From: Trichoplax adhaerens
Taxonomy: Eukaryota > Animalia > Placozoa
DNA: 64,000 bases
Assembly (NCBI RefSeq): GCF_000150275.1
Contig: NW_002060955.1
Span: 412,886-476,885, forward strand
Direction of reading: 5' to 3'
The notes beneath the pieces are model-generated. The model was not told the DNA's origin. It made no database searches and saw only the letters and a program-made list of their open reading frames with translations. The number at the start of each line of letters is the position of its first letter. Within the stretch, counting starts at the first letter, position 1. Positions 1-18,400 of the stretch are shown here, one piece after another. The translations under genes were made by a program, and so were the position numbers.

Positions 1-78
1 ACTTCATAGTTAATAAATTTTGAAAAGCCTTCAGACTTGGATAACCGTCAATTTATTTCATAGTTGTGCCTACCCTAC

Positions 79-1906
79 CTATAAGCATTTGGTGAATAAA
101 CACATTCGGTGGAAAAATAGTCTAATTTTTTAAAATATGCATACCTAGATGGAAAATTTTTTAAATATACAGTACACTTAAGGTTTTGAAATCAATAGCT
201 ATTGATTCACCTGTAGATTTTCAATACTACAGTAGTTATCGTTGTTATTGTCGTAGCAGTTAAATATATGTCAAGTAATCTCACTGAACTCACATAACGA
301 TTTCCTTTTCGTAAGTATATTTAAAAGGTTTGCATCTGGGAAGTGCTCCTTCAGTCCCCTATTACCATACAATATATTAAATTCTATTTCTAATTTTCAC
401 CATAAACGGTGTGACATATCAGAGACAACATTAGCAAGTATTTGCAAAAAATTTAGACCAATCAAGTTCGTCTTTCAACCCGTAGCAATCAAGTGTAATT
501 ATGAAATTACTACTTACTGTCATGATCGCTGTACATCTTCGAAGTCTTGCAATATCGCCTCTCAAAACTATATAGATGTCATAAAATGTTAAATCCATTA
601 TTATTAGAGTAAATGTTGGAGTTTAGCATAATCGTGATTAGCCATGCTCCTAAATATGCAATGATTATAGTCATCTAAACTTCCGAATACTATCATGGTG
701 TGCAGATATACAAAGCTAGTAAAAGTGACGGTACTACATTAAGCATAGATAAAACAAGGTAGTAGTCCAAGTTTATTTTAGGTTAGCGGTAAAGTAAAAC
801 TTGTCATACCATTCATTAATACGGTTTCAGCAACATCGTCGGCGTTATGACCTATCAAATCAGTTTTAGCTCATTTTAGTGGTTATTAAGTAATGGACTA
901 TCATACTAAGGTGAAATATTAGCATACCTGTGACGATTTTATCTGCTTTTACAAGCATGGCACCCCGATCAAGAGCTTGCCTACGAAAAACACCACAGAA
1001 AGTACAGTTGTTTTTCATGCCAATTTTCTGTACAATTGCATCCATGGTCCATCCATAAAGCTCCTAGATTTTTGAAACAGAGAATGAATAATTGATTAAA
1101 CTATTGTAACTAAGTAAATGAATACTAATGTAGCGAGATTTGCCTTGCTGAAGATAGCATCGAATGTGTCATATTAGAAATCATAATCTATTACCTCATA
1201 AGATACAATTTTCAAGGGTAACTGATATTGCTGCTGATTGCGTTTGACTGTCTATCGTCATAAAATATATAAAAGCAGAAATTTACTCGTCCCAGCCTAC
1301 TATACAGTAGAGATTTCTTTGACCTACTGGGTATATCAGGATGTACATAAAGAGTAGTAAAAGGATAATGTTGCTTTCAAGATAGTTACCTCAAGCGAAT
1401 CATCTCTATATCCAGTGATACCCTCATCCACCGAGAGTAAAACTAAATTGATTCCATAATTGTGTCTTTCATTTAGTAACTTTAGAACGTAGGCCAACAC
1501 AGTAGAATCTATCGCATAAAATCAAGCAAAGTATTGATGTATGAATTTAAAAATCGTGATCTTCGCCAACTAAAAGGATTCTAAATCCAAACTTTTCTAT
1601 CCTTTCCTTAATTAACCTTTTCCTCCAGAAGCTCCAACAGCAACAGACTCCCCAGGCTGAAATAATTTATTATTGACTATAGTACGATGGATTTCGTCTT
1701 CAAACGCCTGATAGAAACATTCTAAGCATAATTTTTCAGCCTACCATTATAAACGATCGCAAATGCGTTAGTTCTCCAATCTCTTTAATCAAGATTGGTT
1801 GTAAAACAGCTAGATTTTATATACATTCTTCACTTCCAATTCTTACCGTTTTGGGCCTTTTTAATTTTGCTCTTCGATTGCAATCGTTAGTACAAGTCAC
1901 AGGCAT
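79..1906 (-). CDS. CTU1: Cytoplasmic tRNA 2-thiolation protein 1 (CTU1/NCS6); multi-exon, 3' part continues beyond the window start
   Basis: Manual splicing (exons ~1906-1847, 1740-1617, 1509-1390, 1251-1196, 1063-928, 852-810, 567-518, 358-294, 144-79) gives [38 protein letters not shown]...[14 protein letters not shown]...[15 protein letters not shown]...[18 protein letters not shown]...[22 protein letters not shown]...[38 protein letters not shown]. It has the PP-loop SGGKDS and the Cys motifs of the TtcA/Ctu1 family. Not in the ORF track because the exons are short. Confidence 0.95.
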
Positions 1907-3425
1907 GATCGATGCTAGCCGATTATATAATTCAATTTAACCAGATTAAACACGGTTAATCTCTTTCTTTTACGATTCTCCAATGAACTAACTCCTAAGA
2001 GAGCGAGTATGGTAGGTAATTTCGCAGTATTCACTATCTGATGATGGATAAATTCATTAATTTACAGCATAGTCCATCTTAACTCTGAGCTCGGCACAGC
2101 CATTCTGGTTCTCTCTATGGTAACATCAGCTTCATGCAAGTTCTTCTGGTCATTTTACGGTTAATAGACGCATTCATGAGTTTATAATATAGGGCTTATT
2201 ATGGGTAGAGGGGCACATCTTTCGGTTTTTACCAATGAGCCTTGACAGAATGTCCATGGACGCGTGTCCGTACGTCCGTATCGGGAAAAAGCTGCATGAA
2301 AATGGCTGCATTTCTTGCTAGCTTTGAATGAACTTCCATTGCTTATATTGAGTTTGTAGTGGAATCTATAAATATATTATGATATCTGGTAGTATATTTA
2401 GATGTATAAAATGTAATTGCATGCTGCTCTAGTGAAAAGTATGGTACTAGAAGTGGAGATTATGCGATGGAAAAGAGAGAGGACATTAAAGGTTCAACAA
2501 GCTGATTGTGCTTGCACGAGGACTTGTTGATTAAGGAGAATTTCCACTACGATATAAGTATCACGGATGCACAGTAGCCTTAACGGCCGTAATTTTCATG
2601 CTCTTTAATGTAGTAGAGTTTGAAAAATAAAAGATTAAAATTTGCACATTGATAATCTTGTAAATGTGGATAGAAATTGACACGTCATTTTCTCATCCCG
2701 AAAGTGTTAGAAAAGAATGATTCGGCCTTTCTTTCCAGACTGTATGAAGTACTTTATGATGAATGGACGTTGTAGATACTTGGATTTAACTGATCAGATT
2801 AGGCAGTTGCATAGATAAATCATCATATTTGAAGGGAACTACTCATGCTGGCTTCTGTAATAGCTTGAAATTCATATCTTGGTACGTAAAAACAGTTCAA
2901 GAATTATCGTAATTGACACATGCAGCTCTAGCTCGTTTATGCTCAATTTCATTGCGGTAATAACTTTTACATCATATAATAGCATCCGAATTTTAATTTA
3001 TTTAGAAAAAATGAACAATACATCAGACACAATTGAGGGGCATGGCATTAAAGTACCAGTAAATATTATCGCATGATAATTAAATCTCATTAGTCTTTGC
3101 AATTAAAAGATAGAGATGGTAATAGGGATACTAACATTAAATTGAAAGCTTGCCGGTGTAGTAAGTACACAACGTAGTGGAAATAAATAAAACCGTTAAT
3201 TATAGCAATTTGACTAAAATTTACCTAGAATTAATTTAAAGATGGCTTTTGGTGATCTGTAATGATGGAATGATGACAATTCATACTTATCACCGAAGTA
3301 GTATACATTTAGAAAAAGAATTAGCGGTCCATGCGAGTAACAACTGATTCATCTTTCCTACTCCGAAATACACATGATATACTCTTGACCTTTCTGAAAT
3401 CTTTCATCATGCAGCATTTAATACT

Positions 3426-8263
<4,838 letters not shown>

Positions 8264-9542
8264 GTTTCAAATTTTTCTACACTATTCTTACAGTAGCAGA
8301 CTGATTGATAATGACAACGCTAATAATTAATTAATATAAGTAACAAAGTGCTATAAATTCGAGTAGATCTGCGGTAGATGAAATTGAACTATCAAGATTT
8401 CTGTATGTACTCAGAGCTTTGTTAATTTTTTTCAATGCTGTCATAATTGAATAATTTCCAGTTGGTGTAGCAATAATAATTGATAGTTAATTAATGCATA
8501 TGGTAATTGCGACCTATGAATTATTCATAAACTGGAATATTATTGTCTTAGTGGTTAATATTGACTTTAAAGCATACGGCAAATAAATCGCGCTACTTTA
8601 ACATTGCTTGCATGCTAACGGGTATGGATGCAGTTAAGTGTTCGAAAGGATGGATTCGAATTCATGGATTACAGTCGGGATTTGGTGTTTAATCGTATTA
8701 AGCTGTTGCGGAGTATAAATACAAGTTAAAAGTGCAACGAACTAAAAACAACTTGATTCACAAGCATGATGCAATCTATAGCAGCATCCATCATGAATAG
8801 CTGCTGTTATGTTATGGCTACCATATCCTACCCTTTAATTTACTGGTAGCCATTTTTAAAGCAAACTTAGTAGAGAGACAAGCTAACATTGCTGCTTAAA
8901 ACTCCCATTCTATTGCTGTACATTTTATATGCAACATACGTCTTCCTGATTGATTCAGTGATGATGCCATTGAACCGGTTGAGAATTTGCATAACCGGTT
9001 GTACCCAATGTACTTTATTCATATTATTTTAAATCGATCCATTAATGTTGTTCATTAAAACATCTCTCTCTGTGATCATGTGCAAAATTGTTATGATTAT
9101 CGATTTGCAGCGTGCAAAAGCGATAGCTTCAAAACAATAAATATTCAAGAGGTTATGAACTGAGTTTATTTAGAAGCTAAGCCGGCTCAAGGACTTGTAA
9201 GAGGCAATTCTCTCTAGTAAGCCCTGGCTGGCCACAACTTCTTCTCATGTCTGGGTGAATTATGTGTCATTCTTGTTCATTTTACGTTAGATCAATGGTA
9301 AAATTATTCGTTCCTGGTGCCGTTTACCACGATCAAATACAAAATTTTGATGGTTGTCAATTTGTTGCACATAGTACAAATTAGTCTATGTTGCAATCGT
9401 GATTCAATTTACTTATACTTAGCAAGTTATTTGGATGATTTGTCTTCTCATGCTTGCATGTTGAGGTAGATTTCTATTTATTTCGTTTCCTTACGATAGC
9501 AAGTTTATTTAAGTTATGTTAAGTCAAGTTATCTAAGTTATG

Positions 9543-10010
9543 TGGATAGCTCATATCCTAGAATGAGCTTGAAGATCAATATCTCTCTACTGTAATGACT
9601 CTAGCTCATAACGAAGGCTACTCGCCGATTGATTCTAAGAATACCTAGAAGTTGGCCAGTGGCTTTTGGATAGCTCATATCCTAGAATGAGCTTTAAGAT
9701 CAATATTTCTCTACTGTAATGACTCTAGCTCATAACGAAGGCTACTCGCCGATTGATTCTAAGAATATCTAGAAGTTGGCCAGCGGCTTTTGGATAGTTC
9801 ATATCCTAGAATGAGCTTTAAGATCAATATCTCTCTACTGTAATGACTCTAGCTCATAATAAAGGTTACTCTCCCATTGATTCTAAGAATATCTTGATGT
9901 TAGGCAGCGGTTTTGGGATTGCTCACATGCTAGAATGAGTATTGAGATCAATGCCTCCGTATTGCAATGTAGTTTAGCGCTTAGCTCAGGCTACTCTCCG
10001 ATTTATTCTA
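9543..10010. repeat. Tandem array, 124-bp unit, 3 near-identical copies plus 1 degenerate copy
   Basis: TGGATAG(C/T)TCATATCCTAGAATGAGC recurs at 9543, 9667 and 9791, and degenerately at ~9915. Confidence 0.92.
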
Positions 10011-11834
10011 AAAAAATGATCTCCACACTATAGTAGTTTCAAAGTAAGGGCTCATTCCTACACTGGTCAAAGTTTTTTGTCTTGTTTCAATTCAATTTTG
10101 CCGCTAGAACTAGGAATAACCCAATGCATCGGTCAAAGCCTGCTTTAAATTTTCCAATTGAAATAACATCGCTTCAAATCAAGTAGTGATGGAAACAATT
10201 GGGTTAGCCGTGATCTTGCCGTAGAACCCATGTTAAGCTTAGCAAGCAGTACCATGAAAGTAGTTTAAGTGTGCCAAGGTATATCTCAACACCATTTATT
10301 GATGAGAACGAGCTAGGTAAAGTTGTAAATAGCTTGAACTGGATTACTTGAGGCATAATATTGACGATTTTCAATGACTACTTTGCACATAGGATGCTTA
10401 TTTAGCATTGGATTTTTGTATATGCAAATGGTTGCATATTAAAATAAGACTTTGATCCAAGCATAGCTAATGGAGAGGATAACATACTGTGTATTCTAAC
10501 TTGTACAAATGTCAACAGTTTGGGTGGACAGTACGCTACTTTAGCTCCCTGCAGTGTAGGAAGACACAAGAACTTTGATGGGTCACAATGTGGCTGAAAT
10601 CCTATCATGAGCGCTTACCCATTGGACGCATTGGATGTCATAGCGAGAGCGTTGTCCACACTTTGGACAGGTTGCTGCACTGGCTGAACCATGGTGTATT
10701 TTTATTTTTACCTGTATAGGTTAAATTATAATATGCACAGGAATTGTGAATAGCCTAATAGAAGAAATGTCTTTGCTATGTCGGGTGTTCACTGGTAAGA
10801 CATATCATTTCCATTTTGGATTGCAATGCGATAGTCTTGGTCAGTGCTCACTGGTTGTTTTTACCCTTGGCTTTTTCTTTTACCCCTATGCTATCGACCC
10901 GTATAAGCTTTCCATTTCTTCTCATTGAACAAGAATTTCACTTCCAAGTCTGTGGTTGGTAACATCACGATTGGTTGCAGACTTGTTGTGAAGGTAAAAT
11001 GGAGCTGGTCTATTAGCGAGAGCTGGCTGTGCCTAGCAGCTCGATCGCCATTTTAATTTATTTATTGGCAGGTAGGGACAGTAAAGGGATACGCCGTCGA
11101 TCGTGCGAGTTTCAGTTGACGTGCTGCACACTGAGTCCACTGTACAGGGTGACGCGTCGTAGTTGACTGTACAGTACGACGATACTCTGCGAGTGGGCGC
11201 TACACTGACCGTACCGTACAGTACCAACCAAGATCGTGACACTACAGACAGTACAGACGTACGGTACAATCCCTCAACCAGGCCCAGAGTGACAAGGAGT
11301 TTAATCTTTGAATAGAAAATAATGAGACCGACTATTTTACTGGTCATTTCAACTGTATCCAAAGCCTGCAACGGTACCAATTCCAACTGCATGGCTTGAC
11401 TCGGCTACGGACTACGGACTTCGGACTGTTGCACGTCAAGGAAAATACCACGTCAAGCGCAGTACCACTGACGTGTTACAACGTTACATACCAGATCGTC
11501 GCCTCCCTCTATTTCAATGATTCTCATATAGAAGCTTGTAAATAAGCGCTTGCAAGGCGGGTTGTGCTACAGTTTCCAGCCTATCGTCGACAAGATTGGC
11601 AGCCATTGCTTCTCTTTGGATTCAGTGAATTAGTCGTTCTTGCCAGCTTGTGGATATCCTTTAGTGCTAAAATGAAGAGCATCATACCTTGCTATGGCTG
11701 AGAATAATCAATCGCCGTTATTACAATGTATGTAAGAGGTTATTTACACCTTTTCAATGCATCAATGATAGACAAAATGGAGGTATTTCACTGAGCAGCA
11801 AGTTATTTCACTCATTTTCTCTTGGATCTATTTG

Positions 11835-12302
11835 TTCATGGTTAATCCATATCCATTATTTCTGGTCCTCAAAGATGGTTACTGCATGATGTTCATGCTA
11901 GGGACTTTAGTCTTTCAACTACTTTTTTTTTTTCACTGGACGTACTTTAGCAATGGTGTCAATCCGTTTTATAGCTTTGTGCTTATTCATGGCTAATCCA
12001 TATCCATTATTTCTCGTCCTCAAAGACAGTTACTGCATGATGTTCATGCTAGGGACTTTAGTCTTTCAACTACTTTCTTTTTTTCACTGGACGTACTTTA
12101 GCAATGGTGTCAATCCGTTTTATAGCTTTGTGCTTATTCATGGCTAATCCATATCCATTATTTCTCGTCCTCAAAGACAGTTACTGCATGATGTTCATGC
12201 TAGGCCCTTTAGTCTTTCAACTACTTTCTATTTTTCACCGATACAGTGTCCAACTGGACGTACTTTAGCAATGGTGTCAATCCGTTTTATAGCTTTGTGC
12301 TT
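11835..12302. repeat. Tandem array, 151-bp unit, about 3 copies
   Basis: TTCATGG(T/C)TAATCCATATCCATTATTTCT at 11835, 11986 and 12137. The third copy has a short insertion. Confidence 0.92.
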
Positions 12303-12475
12303 GCTTGGCCATAGCCAATAGTTTCACTTGAGCTCTTGTCATCTTTCATTGCTCTAGTGCATTCTTGATGGATAACCCACCAACGTAGAATCGATCAATC
12401 AACCCACAGCACTATATTAGTCGTTGTAAGAATAGTCAAACCGTTCAAAGAAGTTGGTCGGTGTCTATTTCATCG

Positions 12476-15400
12476 ATGGAAAGCAGTTGCAAATGCGCCT
12501 CTTGTTCGTACCAAGTCAGTTGTACTTTGACGACAAGAGTCAAAATATTCTCTAGACGAAGCAGCCTGTGCAGAAGGAGATAGTAGTACTGTAGTATATT
12601 ATTACTGTAGGCTAGCAAGGAATGGACGGCAAATTGCATTCTGTCACCATAAATTCTCTACTTTGATTCATTTCAAATTCATCGACAGTTGATAAATCAA
12701 TGTCATCATCAACATTTCTTGATCAATGATAGACAAACATGGATTATCGACAGTATAGACTACATCGATATACAATGATGATAAGGCATAATTCTACACA
12801 ATCAGGCAGAGAAAGACTGTATTAACCTTGATGCTTGTTGTTTGTTTCTACTAGCACTTAACGCTATTGATGATTCACAATCGGAACCCAGCTTTGTTAT
12901 TAGCTATTCATCAAGCGATAGCCTGTTAAAGTAAGTACAACGAAAATCCATCATGATTGTAACAAGTTGTTGCAGTAATGACATGATTTCATCTCATGGA
13001 GACAAGCTATGCAAGCAATTGTGGTAGTTGTTTCAACGTCAACAAACACATTAAACCACAACTTGTAGTAGAGTTTTCATTTCAATTAGTAAAGTAGCAC
13101 TCATACAGGATCATTCGATCATTGGTAGATGTGGAATCATATCGAAATGGTTCAACATTGGCATCCTATTCTATCATTCTTAATATCTTGACATCATACA
13201 TTTCTTTATTAAACGTAGGATGCATTCTTTTATTATAAACGTTGCTACTGCTGTGCTGCTGATAGTATCTTTTTCTGCTGGCAATGCCAAGTTAACGTTA
13301 ACCAGTCTTTATTATGGACTCGAGTTCAGCTTACTTTATTAGTTGATGCAATTGCCCTAATATAGTTGTTTACTTCGAGCAATAGGTCGATATTGAAAGC
13401 GTGCTGTTCATATTAGTCTTTTCTAATAGCAATCGTAAAAATCAGCGGTAGTCAAGAGTGATTGATTGACTTGAACTTAGTTTGCTTACGATAATTAAAT
13501 TACTATTCTAATTTTAATACAATAAAATGACTATTGTACGTACGTATGTTGGCGAAGACAGCCTACAGTTAATAGTCAACTATCTGGTGGCAATGCCCAC
13601 TTTCTTTCATGAGACTGTAGTTTGTGTTAAAAGTGTGGATGCTAAACAGCGTGGTTTAAGCAATTTAATGACATTGTATCATTTTACCAAATCAAAATGA
13701 ATCAATATGGACAGTCTGCAAACGGTTGATCATTGACTTGGAGAATTAACCCAACTCTTTCTTTTTGCCTTTTATTGCTATACATTGTGATCAAATTCGC
13801 CTTAGGAACAAGAGTAATGAAAATGGTAGGAAATTGGTTATGATTAGTAAATGTCTATTATTGCGAACCTTTTCAGATGATGTCTACAACCATAGACACC
13901 TAATTTGTAATCTCAAGTACACGTTATCATTCAGTACTATCGTAGTGTGGGAAATTTAGCGTACCTTGATTTCGTACTTTGCAACTGTACTGTAAAATAA
14001 TGTTAAAGTGATCATGTGAGGAACTGTTTATTTATAGTAGGCTATTTCGATACAAAAATGCCTATTGTACGACAGTGTTGATTTATACAATCTATCTATG
14101 ATGAACATGAATACTAGCAATGTTGCAACATTCATCGACGCCAAAACATTAACATTTTCTTCATGTACAGGCACACCAACTTCAAAAACGCAACAACAAT
14201 TCCTGCAGCGAACTTCTATGGATCTAGACGGTCATCAAGTCGCAGTGGTGTAAGTAAATCATTTTATTGTCAAGTTGTAAGTGGTTCTATTCCCATTCTA
14301 ACCGCCACTACCTTTCCCACTGCTATTGCGTCAAAATTCATCTCTTATAATCTTGTTACATTGACTTCAAGTGATTGATAGTTTATCAAGACATGATTGT
14401 TTTCGATTCTTAACTGTACCCTTAGTGGCTTTAATGAATAACGAATTGATATTTATTCAATCACTGTATTTAATAGTGAGTCGGCCCTGATGCGGAACTT
14501 GTAATTAGATCTTGCGTCATAATCACTACGTGTGTTGAAAAGTCTCATATTTAAAAAATTTTCATCGACGTCAAAGTAATTAACTGCTATTTTTTGATCT
14601 ATTTTTTAGCTTTCTAATAGCCATGGTAGTCCTTCACGAGAACGTAGCAATAGTAATAATGACGATAAAATGACCATGCTACGTACAAAAAGAAAAGTTT
14701 CGCTGAATTCGAGTAAGATAAACAATATCTCGATTAGCTTACTGACTACGAAGTTTTTCGATGTAGTATCATTGACGGTAGTGAATACTATCGGTGTAGA
14801 ACGGATAAAAAATAAATTCAATTTCATTCTAATGCTACCTTCGATCGTAGGTTTGAGAAGAAATTTAGCGATTTGTGTAAGTAGTATATGTTTCATGAAA
14901 AGTATTTAAATGAAATATAAATGTATGGTTGCTTGTCACTAATTGCCGTGCCGTTGATTAATAGCGCTGCTGTAATTCTATCGCTTCTCTATTTCAAAAG
15001 ATTAAACGCTCAACCTCAAGTGAAAATTCTGGAAATACTCAGTTAAAGATGGATAAGTTTGGTAATAAGGCTTATGGTTCATATCAGTTTTAAAGTTGTG
15101 TATGCATATATCTTCAATGACTGCGTAGAGTCTATACGTGAGCTCATGCTAAATGTTAATATTGAAACTTTTACGTAATGAGGTTGTATTTTATCTGCAG
15201 ACGCTATTATCCCACCTAAAAATACTAATACTCCCTCAGCAATGCAATCACCTTCGGTCAGTTCATTAATTTAATAACTTGGAATTTTTATTTTAAATTT
15301 TAAATTGCGCTGTGATAACGAGTCTATCGCCCTTAATTAATAAGCCACACACAAGTAAATGCAATTTTGCGAATAGTAAAATACTCAGTAAATCACCACC

Positions 15401-18400
15401 GGATATAAAAGTGTCAGCTGGAAAACGTAGAAAAATATTAATAACGCTGTTATAATTCTATCGCTTCTCTATTTCAAAAGATTAAACGCTCAACCTCAAG
15501 TGAAAATTCTGGAAATACTCTGTTAGAGGTGGATGAGTTTGGTAATAAGGCTTATAGTTCATATCAGTTTTAAAGTTTTAAAGTTGTGTGTATGCATATA
15601 TCTTCAATGGCTGCGTAGAGTCTATACGTGAGCTCATGCTAAATGTTAATATTGAAACTTTTACGTAATGAGGTTGTATTTTATCTGCAGACGCCATTAC
15701 CCCACCTAAAAATACTAATGCTTCCACAGCAATACAATCACCTTCGGTCAGTTCATTAATTTAATAACTTGGAATTTTTATTTTAAATTTTAAATTGCGC
15801 TGTAATAACGAGTCTATCGCCCTTAATTAATAAGCTACACACAAGTAAAGGCAATGTTGCGAATAGTAAAATACTCAGTAAATCATCACTGGATATAAAA
15901 GAGTCGGCTAGAAAACGTAGCAAAATAGCCGAATCCCCCCAAAATGGTGAGAATCAAAGATATTACATTTTACGGCGAATAAACTATCGTAGCAATATGA
16001 TATTGTTAGCCTTTGATCTCGTAAAATCAAATTATGATTAAAGACATCGCTTTAAAGAAGTTGTTTGCCAAGCACACTTTCTATTTGTCATACTAATACC
16101 AATTTTTTTAAAGAATTTTATTACGCAGAATGCATCGTGATAAATTCTTCGGACGATGACTGCGATAAAAATGACGAATTAGTGTATCGGAAAAGTATGA
16201 ATTCCGAAGTTGACACGAATGAAGGAAGCGATAAAAGCTATTATACTGTTAATAGTAGTCTGACAAGTAATTCTGAACAAATGAAAGATCATAAATGTGA
16301 CTCTGACGTTCAAAAGTTACCATATACGGTACAAATTTTTTACCTTGATAAATGCTTTGAAAAGCGATAGTTACTTAAGCCAAACAAGTTTAAATTCAAA
16401 TCAATGTCACATTTTGTAGATTAATACAAACTTAGTGGATCATAATCATCCCATAAAGGTAAGTAGATCGATATTGGCTAGGATTTGAATGTTTTTTCAA
16501 TTATATTTGGCTATATCTCATGAATATGGTCTTGACTGCCTCAATATTATATTACATGAAAACGGTAAGACGAAGGAATGTAACCCAAACGATTGTAAGT
16601 TTACCATTGCAGTGAAAGCGATACGAATTGGTATTCGTAAATGGCCATCGGAAATTCCCATCACTGTATGTAGATATTTTGAGTCGGTTGAAGTGAATGA
16701 ATATAACTAAATTAGCTGACATCACATAATATTGTATCTTTTAGATTTCTAGTGAAAAAATTACAATTACCATAGAAGGTAAACTAGATATGCTATGGTT
16801 ATTGATTCACTCGTACTACAAGATTTTAAAATTACACTTGGAATCTTTCAGATTTAGATCTCAAATACCCTGTAGATATTCCAAATGAAGACATAATAGA
16901 ATGTAAGGCTGCCTTGGATCTTCCTTACTTGATCATGAGAACATCACAGAAAATTGCAAAGGAAATAAATGAGAAACTTTTATTGTATGATGATCAACAG
17001 GATTCATGGCTTTATGATCCTGTTTCTACGGGTATTTAGAAGCATACTTGATCGTAATATGAAATGCGTTTGCGTTTTTTCTTTTGTTTACATAGTCTAT
17101 TTGTTATAATTATTTATTAGCGATACTATCGTTAAAGTATCTTTAATATACAAGCAATTATATACAATTTTATTATCATTGACAGCAAGTTACAAGAAGT
17201 ATATTTGGATTGAAAGTCAAAGTAGCCATGATTTCTATAAAGTAAGTAATCGGGTAGGTTGCTCAGCAATTTATAAATGTAAACAAGAGTAACTCGTGTA
17301 TTCTTTTTCCTAGGTAGTCAAGGCTTTAGGGCTAAAGTATGTAAAAGTGGAAGGAAAATCGTAAGCTAAAATTATCATCGTCAACTTTTATCTGTTTATT
17401 AACAATTTTAAAAGTGGATAGCGATTGATTTACTGATGATAAGGCGTCTATTTCATAACTGTATAGTTATTTTCTGAAAAAATTACAAGAACTTTCCAGC
17501 CCGAACTATATGGGTATTTATACGTTGGTTACTTTCTTTATATTTATTTATTATGTACATACGTACATTAATCCATATTCTTCTATACCGCTGTAAATGA
17601 TGTACTATCGGTAGCGAAGCCAAATAAACGATTATTTGAACAGGTATTGACATCTTTGGAGTTAGTTAGTTCTTAAACGAATCATCTTCCCAAAATAGTT
17701 GTGTCACGAACGGAGCTATTAGTTATTGATTAATTGACTTTGGTTACAGAATACAAGTTCGACAGCATCAGCGAATTGTAAAAAATCCGTATTCACGTGT
17801 ACGATTCAAGTTGGGTCCTATGAAGCCATTTCCCTTCGTTATATTTTGGTAAGGTTATAGAATCACATTCTATGTCGTAGATATTTTCATAATCGAAATA
17901 AATTTGTAATGGTTACTTGAGCTAGTGTTATTTTGTATTTCTGCAATGAAATGTAATTTTAGTTTGAAAAAAATGCAATAACACTTGAATCGTGGAATCC
18001 TGACTTTCGTGGAGGTAAAAAATTGATGATTTCACTGTTTCTGAATCCCGTTACTTAGTATTTATGCTGTTTTCTAAACTACTAACCACCTGTTCTTATT
18101 TGATTCTGATAGTATCTATGACTAGATCTTCAGTGAAATTTAAAGTTTTCTCTCAAGAAATTACTGACTGTCAGACCTATAAGCCTCCAGGAATATTTTT
18201 TATTACGACAACTTCTTGTGTTGCTCATCGGATTTCTGCTCGTTTAGATATTTCAAGATACAATAAAAAGTTTGATCCGGGTAGCTTAGGTATCAATCTT
18301 TAATTATATTCTGTATAGCTAACTTATGTTTGTAAATAGAATATATTTATTAAGGTAACATAGTCTTATTGTTATGGTCGTACTTATTCTGTCCTTGGCT

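Noticed and set aside
8958-9165. Box C (GTGATGA) with a distant CTGA as a C/D snoRNA
   Set aside because: Spacing is ~200 nt, there is no convincing terminal stem or rRNA guide, and it is not intronic.
11033-11392. 119-aa minus-strand ORF
   Set aside because: No recognisable family; it overlaps a GC-richer, motif-rich island where stops are rarer by chance.
14606-14896. 96-aa minus-strand ORF
   Set aside because: Antisense shadow of phase-consistent SENP exons.
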